Part shown: positions 59,145-64,000 of the stretch, piece after piece
How positions within the stretch are numbered: position 1 is the first letter of the stretch
How the letters are laid out: every line of letters starts with the position of its first letter
Source of the DNA: Spirochaetia bacterium
GTDB taxonomy: Bacteria > Spirochaetota > Spirochaetia > SZUA-6 > Bin103
NCBI GenBank assembly: GCA_965203905.1
Contig: CBDBDQ010000005.1
Location: 6,976,001-7,040,000 of the forward strand
Direction of reading: 5' to 3'
Length of the DNA stretch: 64,000 nucleotides
Made by a program: the position numbers and the translations under genes
The notes under the pieces: generated by a model
Database searches by the model: none
Told to the model about the DNA's origin: nothing
The model's input: the letters and a program-made list of their open reading frames with translations, nothing else

Positions 59145-59939
59145 ATGGAGCAGCACAAGTTACGGGCCCTCTCGCCCGCCGCGGTGGAGGAGTTCCGGCT
59201 CAATGGGTTTCTCAAGGTTGACAACGTGTTGACGCCTGCGGAGGTGTCCGACCTCGGCGCGCACGCGGACCTGGTTGCGGCCGGCGAGGCAGAGCACATC
59301 CCGGACTCCAGCCTGCAACTGGAGCCGGAGTTCCGCGACGGCACCACGGCGGTGGCCGACCGCGTGCTTGCCACGCGCAAGCTGTTCAACATGGCGGTGT
59401 ACGACGACCTGCTATGGGCGCATGCCACCCACCCCGCCGTGGTCGATATCGTTGCCGACCTGCTGGGCACCGACGACATCAAGATGTACGGCGACCAGTT
59501 GTTCATGAAGTCGCCGGTGACCGGCACCGCGCAGCCCTGGCACCAGGACTCCGCCTCCTGGCGCGACATCTTCCCGATGGACCTGGTGACCGCCTGGACG
59601 GCAATCGACGACGCCACCCTGGACAACGGCTGCCTGCGCTTCGTGCCCGGCACCCATCGCTGGGGGATGTTGTCGGCGGGGCGCCTGAACCACTTCATCG
59701 ACGACCTGGAGACGGAGCGCTGGCCGGCGGTGCCGGTACCGGTCCGCGCGGGCAGCATCAGCTTTCACCACAGCCTGACCCTGCACACCAGCAGCAAGAA
59801 CATTTCGCCAACGCGCCGGCGCGCATACGCCATCCACTACATGCGCGCCAGCTCCTGGAAGGACGAGACCGTGACCGACGCCCCCAAGATGCCGCCCTTC
59901 AAGCAGGTTCGGGGCCGCTCCTTCCCGGACCGCGTCTAG
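59145..59939 (+). CDS. Phytanoyl-CoA dioxygenase (PhyH) family Fe/2OG enzyme
   Basis: FRLNGFL, WHQD, DNGCLRFVPGTH, FHHSLTLH. Confidence 0.9.
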   Translation: MEQHKLRALSPAAVEEFRLNGFLKVDNVLTPAEVSDLGAHADLVAAGEAEHIPDSSLQLEPEFRDGTTAVADRVLATRKLFNMAVYDDLLWAHATHPAVVDIVADLLGTDDIKMYGDQLFMKSPVTGTAQPWHQDSASWRDIFPMDLVTAWTAIDDATLDNGCLRFVPGTHRWGMLSAGRLNHFIDDLETERWPAVPVPVRAGSISFHHSLTLHTSSKNISPTRRRAYAIHYMRASSWKDETVTDAPKMPPFKQVRGRSFPDRV

Positions 59940-60003
59940 CGGCCCGTGGCGAAACTCCGGCTGCATTCGAGCGGCGATCCATCCCGGCCCACCACGGGCT
60001 GCT
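59936..60003. repeat. MITE/REP-like element copy overlapping the PhyH TAG stop
   Basis: CTAGCGGCCCGTGGCGAAACTCCGGCTGCATTCGAG...CCACGGGCTGCT. Confidence 0.7.
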
Positions 60004-60022
60004 CGCAAGCCCGCCGGCAGCG

Positions 60023-61462
60023 ATGAGCGAGCGCCTCACCCTGCGCACCCCGCGGCCGCCGAACGTGCTGTGGATCTTCGGCGACCAGCACCGCGCCCAC
60101 GCCACCAGCTACCGCGGCGACCGCAACGTGTTCACGCCCAACATCGACAACCTGGCACGCGAGGGGATGCGCTTCGACTGCGCCGTGGCCGGCGCTCCCT
60201 GGTGCACGCCGTTCCGCGGCGCCCTGCTCAGCGGCCGCTATCCGCACCAGACCGGCGTGATCCGCACGCCCTCGGCGCTGGCGCCGGAGATCCCCACCGT
60301 GGCCCATGCCTTCGGCGCCGCCGGCTACCACACCGCCTACGTCGGCAAGTGGCACCTCGACGGCAGTAACGACCGCGAGCATTACGTGCCTCCGGAGCGG
60401 CGCGGCGGCTTCCACTACTGGATGGGCTACGAGAACAACAACAACCAGCACGAGTGCTACGTGCACGGTACGGCCAGCGAGACGCCGCAACGGCTGCCCG
60501 GCTACGAGACCGACGCCCTCAGCGACCTGCTGCTCCAGCACCTGCGCAGCCACGTCGGCGCCGCCCCCGACGGCGGTGCGGCTGGCGGCGGGCTCACCCC
60601 GGCCGACTCCGGCCCCGACTATCAGCCCTTCTTCGCCGTGCTCTCCGTGCAGCCGCCGCACGGCCCCAACGTGCCGCCCACCAACCCCTCCTACGGCGCG
60701 CCTCGCATCCACCCGGCCGACATCCACCTCCGCCCCAACGTGCCGGCGACCCCCGCCGCCCGGGAGCGCGCACGGTTCCGCCTCGCCGGCTACTACGCGA
60801 TGATCGAGAATCTGGACTACAACATCGGCCGCATCCGCCTGGCACTGACGCGGATGGGCGTCGACCGCGACACCTACGTGGTCTTTTTCTCGGATCACGG
60901 CGACATGATGGGCAGCCACGGCCAGTACGGGAAATCGACGCCCTGGGAGGAGTCGATCCGGGTGCCGTTCATCGTTCATCGCGTCGGCGGCCCCGACAAC
61001 ATGCGCGTGGGCGCCACCGACGCCCCGATCAATCACGTCGACATCGCGCCGACCAGCCTGGGACTGTGCAACATCGACACCCCGCCGGGAATGGTGGGGC
61101 ACGACTACTCTGCCCACTGCATCCGCCCGAACGCCCCCGAGTACCGCGGCGCACCGCCGCGGGAGGCGGAGCCGCAGAGCGCGTTCCTGCAGCAGATTCC
61201 GCCCAAGCCGCACCGCCACACCACCAGCATGCCGTGGCGCGGGGTGGTGACCCGCGACGGCTGGAAGTACGTCTGCACGCCGGGCACCGACTGGCTGCTG
61301 TTCGATTCCGAAGCCGACCCCTACGAGCAGGCCAACCTGGTCTACGACGCCTCCTGCCAGGAGCAGAAGGAGCGCTGCCACCGCCTGCTGGCCGAGTGGA
61401 TCGACACCACCGGCGACCGCTTCCCCCTCCCCGACATCACCCTCCCCTCCGCCGACGCATAG
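60023..61462 (+). CDS. Sulfatase (formylglycine-dependent, Cys type)
   Basis: PNVLWIFGDQHR, TPNIDNLA, CTPFR (CxPxR), GKWHL, FSDHG. Confidence 0.92.
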   Translation: MSERLTLRTPRPPNVLWIFGDQHRAHATSYRGDRNVFTPNIDNLAREGMRFDCAVAGAPWCTPFRGALLSGRYPHQTGVIRTPSALAPEIPTVAHAFGAAGYHTAYVGKWHLDGSNDREHYVPPERRGGFHYWMGYENNNNQHECYVHGTASETPQRLPGYETDALSDLLLQHLRSHVGAAPDGGAAGGGLTPADSGPDYQPFFAVLSVQPPHGPNVPPTNPSYGAPRIHPADIHLRPNVPATPAARERARFRLAGYYAMIENLDYNIGRIRLALTRMGVDRDTYVVFFSDHGDMMGSHGQYGKSTPWEESIRVPFIVHRVGGPDNMRVGATDAPINHVDIAPTSLGLCNIDTPPGMVGHDYSAHCIRPNAPEYRGAPPREAEPQSAFLQQIPPKPHRHTTSMPWRGVVTRDGWKYVCTPGTDWLLFDSEADPYEQANLVYDASCQEQKERCHRLLAEWIDTTGDRFPLPDITLPSADA

Positions 61463-61470
61463 GGGTCGCA

Positions 61471-62505
61471 TTGTCCTTTCTGCTGCCGGCGATCGATACC
61501 TGGGCGCAGTGGGCGTCCCTGTTCGACGACGTCGCGACATGGAAACCCACGGTCGACGCGATCTGCAGGCGGGAGGGCATCGTCTACGAGCGGATCGAGG
61601 CGCCGGCGTCCAACACCAACGCGGTGTTCATCCTCGACCGGCGCGTGGTGATCAAGATTTACAGCCCGTTCTTTGCGGAGTTCCCCTTCGAACGCCGCCT
61701 GATGGAGTTGCTGGAGCGGGACGCCGTTGTGCCTCTGCCGGCCGTCCGGGCCGCCGGGGTGCTACGGGATCGGAGGGACTGGAGCTACCTGGCCATGGAG
61801 TTCTGCACCGGCCGCCCCCTGGACGAGCTGCAGCCGGTGCTGCCGCGTGCCGCGCTGCTGGACGTTGCCGCACAGACCGGCTGCGCGGTGCGGCGCCTGC
61901 ACACCGTCGATCCGCAACCGCTGGCCGCCATCGACAAGGGCGAGGCCTGGGCCGCCCTGGTGCAGCGCCGCCGGCGCCGGGTCCTGCCCGACCTGATCGA
62001 GCGGGGGCTGATCGAAGCGCGCGTCGCCGGTGAGCTGGAGGCGCTGCTGGACCAGGCCCTGGCGGCCGCGCGGAGCGTCCGGCACGTGGTCGTCCACGGC
62101 GACCTGAACGCGGAGCATGTACTGTTGGAGCAACGGGCGGGGCGCTGGACCGTGGCGGCGCTGCTCGACTTCGGCGATGCCCGGATCGGCGTACCCGACT
62201 ACGAGTGGATGCCGCTGTGGCTCGGCCTGTGCAATCGCGACGCCGCGGTCCTGGAAGCCTTCCTGAAGGCATACGACCCGGCGCTGCCGGCGGATCCCCG
62301 GTTGGGGCAACGGATCGCCGCCTGGACCCTGCTCCACGACTACGGCAGCGACGCCCTCGCCGAGCTGTTCGAGAACAGCGGTGCGGCCCGCCCGGCAGCC
62401 TCGCTGGAAGCGCTGCAGGACCTGGTATGGCCCGGGATCTGGCCGGCGCGGCGGGTCAGCGGCGCACGGCCACGAAGAACAGGCGGCGAAACGGATACCG
62501 GGTGA
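61471..62505 (+). CDS. Aminoglycoside phosphotransferase/choline-kinase family protein
   Basis: VIKIY, VHGDLNAEHVL, LDFGDA; TTG start is inferred. Confidence 0.8.
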   Translation: MSFLLPAIDTWAQWASLFDDVATWKPTVDAICRREGIVYERIEAPASNTNAVFILDRRVVIKIYSPFFAEFPFERRLMELLERDAVVPLPAVRAAGVLRDRRDWSYLAMEFCTGRPLDELQPVLPRAALLDVAAQTGCAVRRLHTVDPQPLAAIDKGEAWAALVQRRRRRVLPDLIERGLIEARVAGELEALLDQALAAARSVRHVVVHGDLNAEHVLLEQRAGRWTVAALLDFGDARIGVPDYEWMPLWLGLCNRDAAVLEAFLKAYDPALPADPRLGQRIAAWTLLHDYGSDALAELFENSGAARPAASLEALQDLVWPGIWPARRVSGARPRRTGGETDTG

Positions 62506-63250
62506 TGCCGTCGGCGCGCCGGGGGTAGGCGCGATCCAGCTGGTGCCGGAGGGCCTCGAGATAGGCCTCCCGCTCGCCGCCCTGCAGGGCGCGCAGGATG
62601 GGACGCAGGGAGGTGCCGGTGACCCATTCCAGCACCGCGTCGGCACCGCTGAGTGCCTGCTGGTACTCGGTGGTCCACACGTCCAGGTGCACGGATTCCG
62701 CCGCCAGCAGGTCGTAGTAGAAGCCGGGCTCGTGCAGCCAGCGCCGGCCCACCGCCTGCCGCAACTCGGCGCTGCCGAACGGCGTTCCGTCCGCGCCGCC
62801 GGCGACCAGCGTCTCGCGGATCAGGCGATGCGAGGGCAGGTCCCAGCTCAGCGGCGCCTGCACCGCCAGGCACCCGCCGGAAGGCAGCAGGGACCAGAGG
62901 CGCGGAATCAGCTCGCCGTGGTCGGGCAGCCACTGGATCACGGCGTTCGAGTAGAGCAGCGACGGAACCGCGTCCGGCTGCCAGTCGGCGAGGTCGCCGT
63001 GCTGCCAGCGCACCCGCGAGTGGGTGGTCCGCGCCCGTTGCAGCATCTGCGGCGAGCTGTCCACGCCGGTCACCGCGGCACCGGGCCAGCGCTCGGCCAG
63101 CAACCGGGTCACGTTGCCGCTGCCGCACCCGAGGTCGTAGATGCGCACCGGCTCCGCGAGCGGGACCCGCCCCACCAGGTCCAGGGCGGGCCGCAGCCGG
63201 TGGTCGGCGAACTTCAGGTACTGCGCCGGGTCCCAGGCACGGCCGGCCAT
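62456..63250 (-). CDS. tam: Trans-aconitate 2-methyltransferase-like SAM methyltransferase
   Basis: WDPAQYLKFADHRLRPALDL, DLGCGSGN, SNAVIQWLPDH, YPFRRLFFVA. Confidence 0.85.
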   Translation of the reverse strand: MAGRAWDPAQYLKFADHRLRPALDLVGRVPLAEPVRIYDLGCGSGNVTRLLAERWPGAAVTGVDSSPQMLQRARTTHSRVRWQHGDLADWQPDAVPSLLYSNAVIQWLPDHGELIPRLWSLLPSGGCLAVQAPLSWDLPSHRLIRETLVAGGADGTPFGSAELRQAVGRRWLHEPGFYYDLLAAESVHLDVWTTEYQQALSGADAVLEWVTGTSLRPILRALQGGEREAYLEALRHQLDRAYPRRADGITRYPFRRLFFVAVRR

Positions 63251-63357
63251 GTCTCCCACGTGCGGCGCAGGCTCACCGGCCTGCATCGGGTCCCCGGGTT
63301 GGCCGGCCACGTCCGGCGCGGGTTCATCCCCGCCGCCGGCTCCCGCAGGCGCGCCCG

Positions 63358-64000
63358 TCAGATGATCTCCAGGTGATCGCGGTCCGGCAACTCCGGAAAC
63401 GGCTTCGTGGGCAGGGTCTGGTACCAGTACGCGACCGAGGCGATGTCGTCCTGCAGCGGCAGGTAGCGGCCGCCCTCCCAGCGCCATCCCAGTGCCTGAC
63501 AGGTGACCCGCAGGTCGCGCTCGAACCGCACCGGGTCCATGACGTGCCAGCGGTACATCGAGAAGCGTTGCTGCGAGCGGTACAGGCCGTCGGGAGGAAA
63601 CACCTGCATCCCCATGAAGGGAGTGGAGAACGGCGTGTACTGGCCGTCCACGTCCCAGTTGTAGGCGCCGCCGAAGTAGTCCTCGGTGCCGGTGCCGCAC
63701 AGGGTCGGAAAGACGCGATCGCCGTCCAGGTAGAACTTGACCTCGCCCTCCCCCCACCAGCGGCTGTTGTTCACGCCCCACGCCATGGCGGTGCCCACGT
63801 ACTGTCCCGCGCCCTCGATGCCGTCCACGATCGTGTACGGCTGCTTGAACGGGAGCGGGTTGATACGCCGGAACTGGGCATGGAAGTACGCCGCGTCGTC
63901 CGGCACCTCGGTCAGCGTGTAGTTGACCTGGTAGTAGTGGGTGATCGGATCGGTGTGCCTGTTCTCCATGGTGATGCGGCAGTGCCCGCGGAACGGCATC
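63358..64000 (-). CDS. DUF2961 (GH172-like) protein; 5' end lies outside the window
   Basis: WWGEGEVKFYLDGD, GTGTEDYF, YRWHVMDP, DIASVAYWYQ. Confidence 0.88.
   Translation of the reverse strand, partial: MPFRGHCRITMENRHTDPITHYYQVNYTLTEVPDDAAYFHAQFRRINPLPFKQPYTIVDGIEGAGQYVGTAMAWGVNNSRWWGEGEVKFYLDGDRVFPTLCGTGTEDYFGGAYNWDVDGQYTPFSTPFMGMQVFPPDGLYRSQQRFSMYRWHVMDPVRFERDLRVTCQALGWRWEGGRYLPLQDDIASVAYWYQTLPTKPFPELPDRDHLEII

Noticed and set aside
59414-62505. Long ORF-track extensions (59414, 60454; likewise 27074, 28330, 13773 and 62456..63781) as fusions or overlapping genes
   Set aside because: GC-rich shadow frames overlapping real upstream genes; the true starts are internal.
63241-63335. Short imperfect duplication upstream of tam (EPAPDVAG / EPAPHVGD)
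   Set aside because: Two degenerate units only; probably a local duplication with no wider meaning.

Overview
GC-rich accessory region. Signal peptides of the '...FA/WA-(T/G)G-EEE' style suggest a Spirochaetia-like organism, and the gene mix resembles marine or host-associated symbiont MAGs (both are inferences). Most of the window is carbohydrate/xenobiotic uptake and catabolism: five ABC permease pairs with their binding proteins but no ATPase gene, three BNR/sialidase-type proteins, five other beta-propeller hydrolase-like proteins, a beta-helix protein, a YetA/PcRGLX-like protein, a DUF2961 protein, a sulfatase, a PhyH dioxygenase and an APH-like kinase. Interleaved is a layer of defence and mobile DNA, much of it decaying: (1) a translationally coupled hsdM-hsdS-ABC ATPase-HNH-hsdR' operon, in which ATPase, HNH and hsdR each lack one base near the 5' end, hsdR is cut to about 28 codons and the MTase motif reads NPPL; (2) MNT-HEPN and RHH-PIN toxin-antitoxin pairs; (3) a large HNH gene and an IS1380/ExeA chimera; (4) a TAG-associated MITE-like family; (5) several collapsed gene duplicates. 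A perfect (ACGAGGGG)13 repeat lies just after a near-consensus promoter, inside a leader ORF whose frame would reach the peptide ABC operon only at certain copy numbers. I found no rRNA, tRNA, CRISPR array or reverse transcriptase. All calls are by eye; no database searches were run.
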